Positions 49,927 to 60,147 of a DNA stretch of 64,000 nt are shown piece after piece. Where the stretch lies: contig CALVRW010000011.1 of assembly GCA_944358795.1 (NCBI GenBank), forward strand, positions 5,737 through 69,736. The letters run 5' to 3'. Position 1 is the stretch's first letter; the number at the start of each line of letters is the position of its first letter. The notes beneath the pieces were generated by a model that worked only from the letters and a program-made list of their open reading frames with translations, was not told the origin of the DNA and did not search any database. The DNA is from an uncultured Bacilli bacterium (GTDB taxonomy: Bacteria; Bacillota_I; Bacilli_A; RF39; UBA660). The position numbers and the translations under genes are program-made.

Positions 49927-52092
49927 ATGGTAGTAGATGTATTAACGCAGATTAAGAGTCAACAAGTGGATAAAACATTTTCTTACTTTGTACCAAAAGA
50001 ATTAGAACAGATTGTGAAACCTGGTGCGAGAGTGACGATTCCATTTGGAAAGCAGGTACTGGAAGGATTTGTCGTATCTTATCATTTAGATAAAAATTTT
50101 GACTATGAATTAAAACCAATTTTAAATGTTGTAGATGAAGAACCGGTATTAAATGAAGAACTATTAAAATTAGGGGATTATATTAGTAAAAAAACAATTT
50201 GTACGAAAACACAGGCTTATCAAGCAATGCTACCATCGGCATTAAAAGCGAAAAAAGGATTTACAGTATCTAAAAAATATGAAACGTATCTCTTATTAAA
50301 AGATTCTTCTTATGTTGGAACAACAGAACCACAAAAAAAGATTTTAAATCTATTTTCTTCTTATGATAGAGTACCAAAAAAAGTAGCCAGTCAAATTTCT
50401 TCTGCTTCCTTGAAAACGTTAGTAACCAAAAATATCATTGAAGAAGTAAAAGAAGAAGTATATCGTACGATTGAAGAGGGAAAGAAAGAATTTGTATGTC
50501 ATGCCTTGAATACAGAACAACAATCTGCTTATTTGAAAATTAAAGAATCTTTTTCTACTTATCAACCTTTTTTACTTCATGGTGTTACAGGTAGTGGGAA
50601 AACAGAAGTGTATATGCATTTAATGGAAGATGTATTGAAAGAAAAAAAAGAAGCAATTGTATTAGTACCAGAAATCAGTTTAACGCCACAATTTGTTTCC
50701 CTATTTAAAAATCGTTTTGGTAGTACCGTTGCGATTTTACATAGTGGATTATCTGATGGAGAAAAATATGATGAATGGCGTAAAATTGTTAGAAAAGAAG
50801 TATCCATTGTTATTGGTGCGAGAAGTGCGATTTTTGCTCCTTTTACAAATTTAGGACTTATCATTATTGATGAAGAACATTCTAGTACTTATAAACAAGA
50901 AAATATTCCTCATTATCACGCAATTGATATTGCCAAAAGAAGAGGAAAATATCACAACTGTCCAATTGTACTTGGTAGTGCTACACCATCAATTGAAAGT
51001 TTTACGAATGCGAAAAAAGGTATTTATCAACTTTTAACAATGAAAGAGAGAGTAAACAAAAATTTACCAACAATTCAATTAGTTGATATGAAAGAAGAAA
51101 TAAAAAAAGGAAATAAAATAATCTCTACTGTTTTAGATGAAAAAATAAAAGATCGATTAGAGAAAAAAGAACAAGTGATTATTTTATTAAATCGTCGTGG
51201 TTTTTCAACGGTATTAACTTGTCATGATTGTGGTTATACAGATAAATGTCCAAATTGTGATATTCCTCTTACTTATCACAAAGTAAGTGGTAGTGAAAGA
51301 TGTCACTATTGTGGTTATAGTAAACCTTTATTGCAAGTCTGTCCAGAGTGTCATAGTAAAGAAATTTCTCAATTTGGGATGGGAACACAAAAATTAGAAG
51401 AGTATTTAAAAGAACGTTATCAAGTACGTATTTTACGAATGGATGTCGATACGACTTCAAGAAAAGGAAGTCATAAAAAAATGATTGATGCTTTTGCAAA
51501 TCATGAATATGATATTTTAGTAGGAACCCAAATGATTGCCAAAGGATTAGATTTTCCGGAAGTAACATTAGTAGGGGTATTACAAGGAGATAGTAGTTTG
51601 AATATTCCTGATTTTCGTAGTGCGGAAAGAGCATTTCAATTATTAAGCCAGGTAGCAGGAAGAAGTGGTCGAGGGGATAAATTAGGAGAAGTAGTAATGC
51701 AAGGATTTAATATGGACCACTATAGCATTATGACGGCTAGCAAACATGATTATTTATCATTTTACCGAGAGGAATTAAAAATAAGAAAAGCATTAAACTA
51801 TCCGCCATATTATCAACTATCTTTAATTCGTGTAGGTGGAAAAGATATTAATGAAGTAGTAAAAGAAATTACGAAAATAACTAACTTTTTACGAAGAGAG
51901 TATCATGATGGTGTTATATTAGGACCAAGTCAAGCGACGATGCCAAAGATTAATCAAACTTATTATATGCAGACAATTATAAAGTATCAGACATTAAAAG
52001 AAGTTTATCCGATGCTACATTTTATTTATGAAAAATATAAAAATAAAAGAAATGTTTATGTAGAAGTGGATATTGATCCAAGTCACTTCTAA
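49927..52092 (+). CDS. priA: Primosomal protein N' (PriA helicase)
   Basis: Walker A GVTGSGKTE, DEAH-like box IIIDEEH, and zinc-binding region CHDCGYTDKCPNCDIPLTYHK…CHYCGY…CPEC. Confidence 0.9.
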   Translation: MVVDVLTQIKSQQVDKTFSYFVPKELEQIVKPGARVTIPFGKQVLEGFVVSYHLDKNFDYELKPILNVVDEEPVLNEELLKLGDYISKKTICTKTQAYQAMLPSALKAKKGFTVSKKYETYLLLKDSSYVGTTEPQKKILNLFSSYDRVPKKVASQISSASLKTLVTKNIIEEVKEEVYRTIEEGKKEFVCHALNTEQQSAYLKIKESFSTYQPFLLHGVTGSGKTEVYMHLMEDVLKEKKEAIVLVPEISLTPQFVSLFKNRFGSTVAILHSGLSDGEKYDEWRKIVRKEVSIVIGARSAIFAPFTNLGLIIIDEEHSSTYKQENIPHYHAIDIAKRRGKYHNCPIVLGSATPSIESFTNAKKGIYQLLTMKERVNKNLPTIQLVDMKEEIKKGNKIISTVLDEKIKDRLEKKEQVIILLNRRGFSTVLTCHDCGYTDKCPNCDIPLTYHKVSGSERCHYCGYSKPLLQVCPECHSKEISQFGMGTQKLEEYLKERYQVRILRMDVDTTSRKGSHKKMIDAFANHEYDILVGTQMIAKGLDFPEVTLVGVLQGDSSLNIPDFRSAERAFQLLSQVAGRSGRGDKLGEVVMQGFNMDHYSIMTASKHDYLSFYREELKIRKALNYPPYYQLSLIRVGGKDINEVVKEITKITNFLRREYHDGVILGPSQATMPKINQTYYMQTIIKYQTLKEVYPMLHFIYEKYKNKRNVYVEVDIDPSHF

Positions 52093-52142
52093 TTTGACAT
52101 TTCTTTTTTTTCTTGTATGATAGAGTGAAAAGGAGGGATAAG

Positions 52143-52778
52143 ATGCAACAACTTATATTACACAATCAAAAAATATTAGCGCAATATTATACATTGGAAC
52201 ATCAAAGTAGTTATTCTTATCCTCTTTTAGTGAGTCCTAAGTTAATTAAACATCATCCAAAAATTATGTATATTGGACAAGAAACAAATACATGGTTTAA
52301 AGAATTAACTAATCATATGTCATCAACAACATTAGAAGAAAACTATTATTATTTTTTAAAAAATCAAATTCCATCTACTTTATTTTGGAAATTTATCATG
52401 AATAGTTTTGAATTAAAACGTGATACTTTATATCAAAATGTATTATGGTGTAATACGTTATTATGTGGACAAAGAAGTACAAAAGGGACACCAATCATAT
52501 CTGATGAATTACTTGATCTCAGTATTCAATATTTATTATTTTTATATCAACAATTCCAACCTGAATCAATTGTTATTGTAGCAGGACCAAATAATCCGTA
52601 TTATTCTATCATCAAAGCTTTTTTAGAAACAATTCAAAAAGAGGTCCCTTATCCAACGAAAGAGCAGATATGTCAAAATACAGGTAATGTTATTTGGACT
52701 TATCATCCAAACTATTTAAATCGTACTGGAAAAATAAAAGAAGTTACGAATCAAATCATGACGCTAAGAAAAAAATAA
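52143..52778 (+). CDS. Hypothetical protein occupying the position where def is found in Bacillus
   Basis: RBS aaaggaggg precedes it. No peptide deformylase motifs (GΦGΦAAxQ or HEΦxH) are present. Confidence 0.4.
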   Translation: MQQLILHNQKILAQYYTLEHQSSYSYPLLVSPKLIKHHPKIMYIGQETNTWFKELTNHMSSTTLEENYYYFLKNQIPSTLFWKFIMNSFELKRDTLYQNVLWCNTLLCGQRSTKGTPIISDELLDLSIQYLLFLYQQFQPESIVIVAGPNNPYYSIIKAFLETIQKEVPYPTKEQICQNTGNVIWTYHPNYLNRTGKIKEVTNQIMTLRKK

Positions 52779-52824
52779 GGTATATATTTTTTTTCTTTTG
52801 TGTTAAAATAAAGTAGGTGATAAT

Positions 52825-53790
52825 ATGGATATAAATGAATTAAATGTAAAAAAAGAAGTTAAAATTGTGTTTATGGGAACGCCAGAATTTAGTGTTCCTG
52901 TATTAGAGGGGTTAATTGAAAATTATAAGGTAAAAGCAATTGTAACACAACCAGATCGTTTGGTTGGAAGAAAACAAATTTTAACACCACCACCTGTAAA
53001 AAAAGTTGGGTTAAAACATACGATTCTAGTATTACAACCAGAAAAGATTAAAGAACATGTAGATGAAATTGTTTCCCTAAGACCAGATTTAATTATTACT
53101 TGTGCTTATGGTCAAATTTTACCAAAAGAAATTTTAGATGCGCCAAGATTAGGATGTATTAACGTTCATGCATCATTACTTCCAAGATTACGTGGTGGAG
53201 CACCAATTCATCATGCGATTATCGATGGTTATAAAAAAACTGGTGTAACGATTATGCATATGAGTCCAAGAATGGATGAAGGAGATATTATTTCTCAAGT
53301 AGAAGTTGAAATTACGGATACTGATACAGCTAGTACCCTTCATGACAAATTATGTATTGCTGGGCGTGACTTATTATTACAAACATTACCTAGTATTATT
53401 GATGGTACGGCTAGTAGAACTCCACAAGATAGTTTTAATGCAACCTATGGATTTAATATTACAAGAGAGGAAGAACAAATTCATTTTGATAAAACAGCAA
53501 GGGAAATTTATAACCAAGTTCGTGGGCTAAATAGTTGGCCAGGTGCTTTTACTAAATTAGATGGTAAAATTATGAAAGTATGGGAATGTTATCGAACAGA
53601 TAATACCTTTCCAACATTGTTAAATGGAACAATTACGAATATTTATTCAGATGGATTTGGAGTAAAAGTAAGTAATGGAGAAGTTGTATTTACTGTGATT
53701 CAACCAGAAGGAAAAAGTAAAATGAAAGCAACTGATTTTATTAACGGATTACAAAATAAAGAATCTTTAATTGGTATGATATTTGAATAG
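52825..53790 (+). CDS. fmt: Methionyl-tRNA formyltransferase
   Basis: KIVFMGTPEFSVPVLEGL…HASLLPRLRGGAPIHHAI… matches Fmt. Confidence 0.9.
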   Translation: MDINELNVKKEVKIVFMGTPEFSVPVLEGLIENYKVKAIVTQPDRLVGRKQILTPPPVKKVGLKHTILVLQPEKIKEHVDEIVSLRPDLIITCAYGQILPKEILDAPRLGCINVHASLLPRLRGGAPIHHAIIDGYKKTGVTIMHMSPRMDEGDIISQVEVEITDTDTASTLHDKLCIAGRDLLLQTLPSIIDGTASRTPQDSFNATYGFNITREEEQIHFDKTAREIYNQVRGLNSWPGAFTKLDGKIMKVWECYRTDNTFPTLLNGTITNIYSDGFGVKVSNGEVVFTVIQPEGKSKMKATDFINGLQNKESLIGMIFE

Positions 53791-53798
53791 GAACTATT

Positions 53799-54503
53799 AT
53801 GGAGAAAATCAAAAAGAAAAAAAGAGAAAAACCAGAGTGGCTTAAGTTAGCAATTGATATTTGGCATACAAAGCAGTATCGTTCTGCAATTAAATTAGCA
53901 CTTTACCTAATCTTTGTAGCAGCAGTATTAATTTTTATTCAATTTAATTTTAAAACAACTACTTATGAGTTACCAAAAGATCCTTTTGAACAATATCAAA
54001 AAGCGAATAATTATGAATATACTTATACGGTAATAGAAAATAGTATTTCTACTATTATACAAGGACAACGATATCAAGAAAAAGAATTATTTCAAATCGG
54101 TGGTAATCAAGTACAATATTTATTAAATGAAGGGCTGACGATTGCCTTATTACCAACAGGAAATCAAACTGTTCCTTCCGTTACTTCTTTTAGAATGGAT
54201 CAAGTACGACCTGATGATATTATGAATTTATTGGATGGTGCGAAAGAAGTTTCTACAACAGATTATACTACGGGAGAAGAAGAAGTGACTTATACATTAC
54301 CAGTTCGTAATTTTGCGGAAATGTATGATGGTTTACCATTAGATAGTAAAGAATCAATTACGATTAAAACAATGGTAAAAGATAATCAAGTAACTACAGT
54401 TGTATTAGATCTTACTAATTACCGAAAATTATATGTACCAACAAGTAATCAATATATTTTAAAATTAGAATATCGTAATTATAATCAAGTAGAAGAATTT
54501 TAA
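53799..54503 (+). CDS. Membrane-anchored hypothetical protein
   Basis: Single N-terminal TM ALYLIFVAAVLIFIQF. No motif recognised. Confidence 0.4.
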   Translation: MEKIKKKKREKPEWLKLAIDIWHTKQYRSAIKLALYLIFVAAVLIFIQFNFKTTTYELPKDPFEQYQKANNYEYTYTVIENSISTIIQGQRYQEKELFQIGGNQVQYLLNEGLTIALLPTGNQTVPSVTSFRMDQVRPDDIMNLLDGAKEVSTTDYTTGEEEVTYTLPVRNFAEMYDGLPLDSKESITIKTMVKDNQVTTVVLDLTNYRKLYVPTSNQYILKLEYRNYNQVEEF

Positions 54504-54544
54504 TAATCTTCTACTTTTTTCATATCATATTATAGGTGATTTTC

Positions 54545-55393
54545 ATGTTTCTTTTACTCGCAATTTCCTATCTTATTTATTCTTATTTCTTTGTTACCTA
54601 TTGTCATAATAAGAATATCCCGCTCCCTTTATTTTTTTTCATCCTTCCGATTTTAGTATCAACTTTTTTGTTATATACATCGTTACCAATTCAATTTTTA
54701 TTTTTATTTCTAATATTAATTAGTATCTTCCCATTTCTAATGCTTTCTATTTTTCAATTATTTTTTCGTAAGTCTTCGTTATTACATAAAATGCATCATC
54801 GTTATTTTTATCTATTCTGTATTATCATCTATTTTTATTTACTGATTTTATTATCTTGTCAGGTTGGAAAAAGTTCTTATGAAAATATGACGTTTTCATC
54901 TTCTCTTTTAATGATTGCTTTTTATTTTTTTTCCTTACTATTAAAAGGAACAATAAAGGATAAAAGATTGAAGTCTCATTCTATATCATTTTCTTCTTTT
55001 TTACTATTCATACCACTTCTTCTTTTTAGTTTTATTCTTACAACTTATATTAATTCGATGTTGGAACTATTTTTTACGGTACTTGTTTTATTATTTCCAA
55101 TTATGTTGTTATGTTATTTCATTATGAAAGAAAGAGAAGAGGGGACTTTCATTTCTCATTTCACCCACCTAATATTATTTCCTTTTTTCTTAATTGGATT
55201 TTTTGACTTATTTATTATACAACAACCAATTTACTATTATCATACTCCCATTATTTTTCCTTTATTAAAAATAGGATTATATAGTACGACAATTTTGTTA
55301 ATTCCAACTATTAAGAAATTTTCTAATAGAGTTATTTATGATTTTTTAGTTGGATGTATATTACTATTATTTTGTATCTTTCTTCTTTATTAG
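54545..55393 (+). CDS. Polytopic membrane protein, F/L/I-rich
   Basis: About 8 hydrophobic segments. RBS aggtga before the ATG at 54545. Confidence 0.4.
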   Translation: MFLLLAISYLIYSYFFVTYCHNKNIPLPLFFFILPILVSTFLLYTSLPIQFLFLFLILISIFPFLMLSIFQLFFRKSSLLHKMHHRYFYLFCIIIYFYLLILLSCQVGKSSYENMTFSSSLLMIAFYFFSLLLKGTIKDKRLKSHSISFSSFLLFIPLLLFSFILTTYINSMLELFFTVLVLLFPIMLLCYFIMKEREEGTFISHFTHLILFPFFLIGFFDLFIIQQPIYYYHTPIIFPLLKIGLYSTTILLIPTIKKFSNRVIYDFLVGCILLLFCIFLLY

Positions 55394-55462
55394 AAATATA
55401 AAATTACTTGCTTTTTTCTGTGGGATATGTTAAATTATTAGGTAGTTAAAGGAGGCTACCTG

Positions 55463-55672
55463 ATGAAAATACTGTTATTAATTATATCAATTTTATTAAT
55501 TGCCATCGTATTATTACAAAGTTCAAAAGCAGAAACAGCTTCATTAAATGGAGCTAATGATGCATTATTTAAAAATCGTAAAGAACGTGGTGGAGAATTA
55601 TTTATAACAAGATTAACTGCTGTACTAGGAGTTGCATTCTTTGTAGTTTGTATTGTAATTACTTATTTTTAA
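55463..55672 (+). CDS. secG: Preprotein translocase subunit SecG
   Basis: Two TM segments and the central LLQSSK motif, similar to Bacillus SecG. Confidence 0.65.
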   Translation: MKILLLIISILLIAIVLLQSSKAETASLNGANDALFKNRKERGGELFITRLTAVLGVAFFVVCIVITYF

Positions 55673-55708
55673 AGGAACACAAATGTTCTTTTTTATTTTG
55701 TAGGAATG

Positions 55709-55717
55709 TGCTATAAT
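55709..55717 (+). promoter_or_regulatory. Extended -10 element TGcTATAAT
   Basis: Upstream of the third prepilin-like gene. The same extended -10 recurs before rlmN (56607-56615), the 22983 gene and the TM2 gene. Confidence 0.45.
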
Positions 55718-55745
55718 GTTGATAGTAACATGGAGGCGTAAAGAT

Positions 55746-56543
55746 ATGAGGAATAATAAAGGGTTTGCAATTTCAGGTATGATTTATCCAATTCTAATTT
55801 TAGCTATTTTCTTAATTGTTGAATTACTTGTAACGTTACAATCAAGAAAGATGATACTTGATAAAAATAAGAATGATTTAGTAACTGAGATTAATAATAG
55901 TGAACGTGTTTATAGCAATGGTGCAGAAATTTATTTTAACCCTGAAACGAATAAACTATGTAAAGCCAGTGAAGCGAAGAGTACAACAGGAACGAAAACA
56001 GGGTGTATGAAATGGCATATCTTTAATGATGAAGCTGCTAATAATTCAGTTACTGCTATATTAGATCATAATACAACTGCTTCAGTTGCATGGAATTCTA
56101 CTGGTGAAAATGCAACGGGAATGAAAGAAGTAAAAACAGCACTTGAAAATGATACCAAAACATGGAATAAAAATTTGAAACCAAGATTAATAGAAGCGAA
56201 TGAAATTGCCAGAATAACAGGAAATATAGGATTTGATGCATCTAATCCTGATAAAGATAATTGGTTTTATTTTGATACCAATGCACAAACAAATCCTAAT
56301 TTAGGTCAAGGTGCTTCAAGATATAAATGGTTATTTAATAATACGAAAGGTTGTACAAGTTGGGGATGTGATGTAGCTGATGCGAATGTAAATGGTTATT
56401 GGACTGGAACTGCAAGCAGATCTAATACAATTTACGCATGGCGTGTTCGTTTTAGTGGGGATATGGGATACCCAAAAGTTAATGATGCAACCGAAGGTGG
56501 AGTACGCCCAGTTATCACAATTTCAAAATCTATCTTTTCATAA
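55746..56543 (+). CDS. Prepilin-like protein (non-canonical, Gly at +5) with a C-terminal domain related to that of the 39715 prepilin
   Basis: Leader MRNNKG followed by FAISGMIYPILILAIFLIVELL. RBS ggagg. The C-terminus YWTGTASRSNTIYAWRVRFSGDMG…GGVRPVITI parallels WWMRSADSINSYDFYDVDAYGDWG…YGVAPAFRI. Confidence 0.5.
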   Translation: MRNNKGFAISGMIYPILILAIFLIVELLVTLQSRKMILDKNKNDLVTEINNSERVYSNGAEIYFNPETNKLCKASEAKSTTGTKTGCMKWHIFNDEAANNSVTAILDHNTTASVAWNSTGENATGMKEVKTALENDTKTWNKNLKPRLIEANEIARITGNIGFDASNPDKDNWFYFDTNAQTNPNLGQGASRYKWLFNNTKGCTSWGCDVADANVNGYWTGTASRSNTIYAWRVRFSGDMGYPKVNDATEGGVRPVITISKSIFS

Positions 56544-56569
56544 TAAAAATGAGAATGTGTCTATAACAG

Positions 56570-56600
56570 GAATAGATAAAAACATCTATTCTTTTTTTTT
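56570..56600 (+). terminator. Rho-independent terminator
   Basis: Stem ggaatagat / atctattc followed by T9. Confidence 0.7.
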
Positions 56601-56632
56601 AAAGTTTGCTATAATATGATATAGGTGGTAAC

Positions 56633-57658
56633 ATGAAAGAAATATATGGCCAAACATTTGAAATGTTAGAACAATATTTTATTGAAATCGGTGACAAAAA
56701 ATTTAAAGCAAAGCAAGTATATGATTGGCTTTATAAAAAACGTGTTACCAGTTTTGATGAAATGACAAATATCAAAAAAGAATTACGTGATCAGTTGAAA
56801 AAAGAGTTTACGATAAACTCTTTAAAAATACTTACAAAACAGGTTGGGGAAGATGTTGTTAAGTATTTATTAGAATTAAATGATGGAAATAAAATAGAAG
56901 CAGTATTAATGTTACATGACTATGGGAATAGTTTATGTGTTTCTAGTCAAGTAGGATGTAATATGGGATGTTCTTTTTGTGAAAGTGGAAGACTAAAAAA
57001 AGTACGTAATTTAACAAGTGCTGAAATGGTTTCACAAATTTTATTAATTGAACAAGATTTAAAGTTACGAATTACCCATATTGTATTAATGGGAATTGGA
57101 GAACCATTTGATAATTATGAAAATGTTATGAATTTTGTTGATATTATTAATCATCCAAATGGAATTGCTCTTGGTTCAAGACATATCACGATTTCTACTT
57201 GTGGAATTGTACCAAAGATTAAAGAATTTATGAATCATGGAAAACAAGTGAATTTAGCAATTAGTCTTCATGCTCCAAATGATACATTACGTAGTCAAAT
57301 TATGAATATTAATAAAGCATATCCATTAAAAGAATTAATACCAGTTATTAAAGAGTATATTCGTAAAACGAATAGAAGAGTTACATTTGAATATATTTTG
57401 TTAAAGAATGTGAATGATTCTTTAGAGTGTGCAAAAGAGCTAGCAACATTACTTCGAGGAATGAATTGTTATGTGAATTTAATTCCATATAATGAAACAA
57501 GTCATATTGAATACAAAAAAAGTAGTCAAGAACAAATTATGAAGTTTTATGATTGTTTAAAAAAAGAAAAAATCGCAGTTACCATTCGTAGAGAATTTGG
57601 AAGTAAAGTAAGCGCAGCTTGTGGACAACTTAGATCAAACTATGAGGAGGGAAAATAA
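56633..57658 (+). CDS. rlmN: 23S rRNA (A2503-C2)/tRNA methyltransferase, radical SAM
   Basis: CxxxCxxC cluster present as GCNMGCSFCESG; conserved position in the rlmN-prpC-prkC-rsgA-rpe block. Confidence 0.9.
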   Translation: MKEIYGQTFEMLEQYFIEIGDKKFKAKQVYDWLYKKRVTSFDEMTNIKKELRDQLKKEFTINSLKILTKQVGEDVVKYLLELNDGNKIEAVLMLHDYGNSLCVSSQVGCNMGCSFCESGRLKKVRNLTSAEMVSQILLIEQDLKLRITHIVLMGIGEPFDNYENVMNFVDIINHPNGIALGSRHITISTCGIVPKIKEFMNHGKQVNLAISLHAPNDTLRSQIMNINKAYPLKELIPVIKEYIRKTNRRVTFEYILLKNVNDSLECAKELATLLRGMNCYVNLIPYNETSHIEYKKSSQEQIMKFYDCLKKEKIAVTIRREFGSKVSAACGQLRSNYEEGK

Positions 57659-58392
57659 TGGATTACTATTATTTAACAGACCCGGGAAAAGTGCGGGAGC
57701 ATAATGAAGATAGTGTTATTATTACTGAGAATTATGGAAAAGAAATTTTAATGGCTGTTGCAGATGGAATGGGTGGTCACAGAGCTGGTGAAGTAGCAAG
57801 TTCGATTGCGATTACCCATATTGCAAGTCGTTTTAAAGAAATTAGTAGTATTGGTAATAAAGAAGATGCGATTAACTGGATTAAAGATGCAGTTAGTGAA
57901 GCAAATATGAAAATTTATAAATATACAGAAGAGCATCCCGAGAGTGAAGGAATGGGTACAACGCTTGTTGTCGCAATCCTTACACCAGAGTTTTTGTTAT
58001 TTGGAAATATCGGAGATAGTTCCGGATTTGTTGTGAAAAAAGGTAAAATGTATAAGATTACCAATGATCATACATTAGTTAATTTATTAGTAAAATCAGG
58101 GGAAATTACAGAAGATGAAGCAGAACATCATCCAAGAAAAAATGTATTAATGAAAGCGTTAGGTGCAACTAATACAGTAGAAATGGATATTTTTGATGTA
58201 GAACATGACGTAGAGGGAATTTTATTATGTAGTGATGGTCTTACCAATATGCTTGATAAAGAACAAATTGAAAAAGTACTTGATGAAGATTTAACACCAG
58301 AAGAGAAAGTAGTAAAATTAATTCATAAGAGTAACAATCGTGGGGGAAATGATAATATTTCAATCGCTTATTTGAAGAAAGTTGGTGTGTAG
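57658..58392 (+). CDS. prpC: PP2C-family Ser/Thr protein phosphatase (PrpC/Stp)
   Basis: DGMGGH motif; ATG overlaps the rlmN stop. Confidence 0.9.
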   Translation: MDYYYLTDPGKVREHNEDSVIITENYGKEILMAVADGMGGHRAGEVASSIAITHIASRFKEISSIGNKEDAINWIKDAVSEANMKIYKYTEEHPESEGMGTTLVVAILTPEFLLFGNIGDSSGFVVKKGKMYKITNDHTLVNLLVKSGEITEDEAEHHPRKNVLMKALGATNTVEMDIFDVEHDVEGILLCSDGLTNMLDKEQIEKVLDEDLTPEEKVVKLIHKSNNRGGNDNISIAYLKKVGV

Positions 58393-60145
58393 TGTGATAA
58401 TAAAAGGACAAAAAATAAATGATCGATATGAAATTATAAGAAGCATTGGTGAAGGGGGAATGGCTAACGTTTATTTAGCACATGATATTATTTTAAACCG
58501 TGATGTCGCAGTTAAAATATTACGTGGTGATTTAGCAAACGATGAAAAATTTGTACGACGTTTTCAAAGAGAAGCGATTAGTGCAAGTAGTTTAAATCAT
58601 CCAAATATTGTAGAAATGTATGATGTAGGAGAAGACGATGGAAAATATTTTATCGTTATGGAATATATAGAAGGAAAAACATTAAAAAGTCTTATCAAAC
58701 GTCGTGGAGCGTTAACATTACCTGAAGTAATTGATATCATGTTACAACTAACGAGTGGAATTGCGCATGCACACGAAAGTTATATTATCCACCGTGATAT
58801 TAAACCACAAAATGTTATGATATTAGAAGATGGGACTGTTAAGATTACCGATTTTGGAATTGCAATGGCATTAAATAGTAATGAACTTACGCAAACGAAT
58901 TCCGTAATGGGAAGTGTTCATTATTTACCACCAGAACAAGCGAATGGAACAGGGGCTACGATTAAGAGTGACATTTATTCACTAGGAATTCTAATGTTTG
59001 AATTATTAACTGGTAAATTACCATTTAAGGGGGAAAATGCAGTTGAAATTGCAATCAAACAAATGCGTGATTCTATTCCAAGTGTTGTAGAAATGAACGA
59101 AGATATTCCACAGTCAATTGAGAATGTTATTTTAAGAGCTTGTGCGAAAAATCCAAAGAATCGTTATAATAGCGCTTTAGAAATGCATGAAGATATTAAA
59201 ACTGCTTTAAATCCAGAACGTGCTGATGAACCAAAACTAGTTTATCAATATCCAGAACAGGATTTTGATGATACAAAAAAAGTTGGTAGCAGAAGTGAAC
59301 GTCATAAAGATAAAAGTGAAAAGGATAAAGATAAGAAAACAAATAAAGCATTAATTGTTACCGGTGTAATTGCTGGAATTCTAGTTCTAGCACTCGTAAC
59401 CATTTTCTTTATCGTACCAATGATTCAAAATAGTAGATCATTTACAATGCCATCATTAGAGAAAAAGTCAGAGAAAGTAGCGAAGCAAAAATTAGAAGAA
59501 TTAGGTGTGAAAGTAAAAGTTTCTAAGAAAGCATCAGATAAAATAAAAAAAGGATATGTTATTGAAACAGATCCTAAGAAAGGTGCTTCTGTAAAAAAAG
59601 GAGTGACTGTAAAACTAATTGTATCTAGTGGACCAGAAACTTTCGAAGCTGAAAATTATGTTGGTAAAAATTTTGAAGCAGTGAAGATGTTATTAGAAGA
59701 AAAAGGAATTAAGGTTACATCTGAAACAAAATTCTTATCTTCTGCAGAAAAAGACAAAGATGGAAAAATTCTAGAACAATATTTTGGTATTGGTACTTAT
59801 ACGGAGTTAGAAGAAGGTCATAAGTTGAAAAAAGGTGATACAGTTACTTTTGTAATTCCAGAATTTTATACGGAATATCCAGATTTTGTTAATGATAATT
59901 GGACATTAGATAAAGTAAAGAATTTCTGTGAAAAATACGGAGTAACGGTAGATGTTGTATACGAAGAAACAGATCAAGTAATGGAAGGTTATGTTTTAAG
60001 TCAAAGTAGAAATGCTGGAACTCCAGTACAATCTGGTACTTCAATTCGTGTTACAGTGGCAAAAAAACCTGCTGCAACACCAAGTCCAACTCCTACAGCA
60101 ACCCCAACGCCAACTCCAGAAGAGAGTCCTGAGCAAGGAGCATAA
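58382..60145 (+). CDS. prkC: Ser/Thr protein kinase with three C-terminal PASTA domains (PrkC)
   Basis: GEGGMANVY glycine loop, HRDIKPQN catalytic loop and DFG; a TM segment is followed by three PASTA-like repeats. Exact start uncertain (TTG/GTG at 58382 to 58394). Confidence 0.9.
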   Translation: MVCSVIIKGQKINDRYEIIRSIGEGGMANVYLAHDIILNRDVAVKILRGDLANDEKFVRRFQREAISASSLNHPNIVEMYDVGEDDGKYFIVMEYIEGKTLKSLIKRRGALTLPEVIDIMLQLTSGIAHAHESYIIHRDIKPQNVMILEDGTVKITDFGIAMALNSNELTQTNSVMGSVHYLPPEQANGTGATIKSDIYSLGILMFELLTGKLPFKGENAVEIAIKQMRDSIPSVVEMNEDIPQSIENVILRACAKNPKNRYNSALEMHEDIKTALNPERADEPKLVYQYPEQDFDDTKKVGSRSERHKDKSEKDKDKKTNKALIVTGVIAGILVLALVTIFFIVPMIQNSRSFTMPSLEKKSEKVAKQKLEELGVKVKVSKKASDKIKKGYVIETDPKKGASVKKGVTVKLIVSSGPETFEAENYVGKNFEAVKMLLEEKGIKVTSETKFLSSAEKDKDGKILEQYFGIGTYTELEEGHKLKKGDTVTFVIPEFYTEYPDFVNDNWTLDKVKNFCEKYGVTVDVVYEETDQVMEGYVLSQSRNAGTPVQSGTSIRVTVAKKPAATPSPTPTATPTPTPEESPEQGA

Positions 60146-60147
60146 GT

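Noticed and set aside
53306-53530. 74-aa ORF inside fmt in another frame
   Set aside because: Fully embedded in a confidently assigned gene; overlap artefact.
56392-56619. 75-aa ORF overlapping the 3' end of the third prepilin-like gene and its terminator
   Set aside because: It runs through a terminator hairpin and a promoter and has no RBS.
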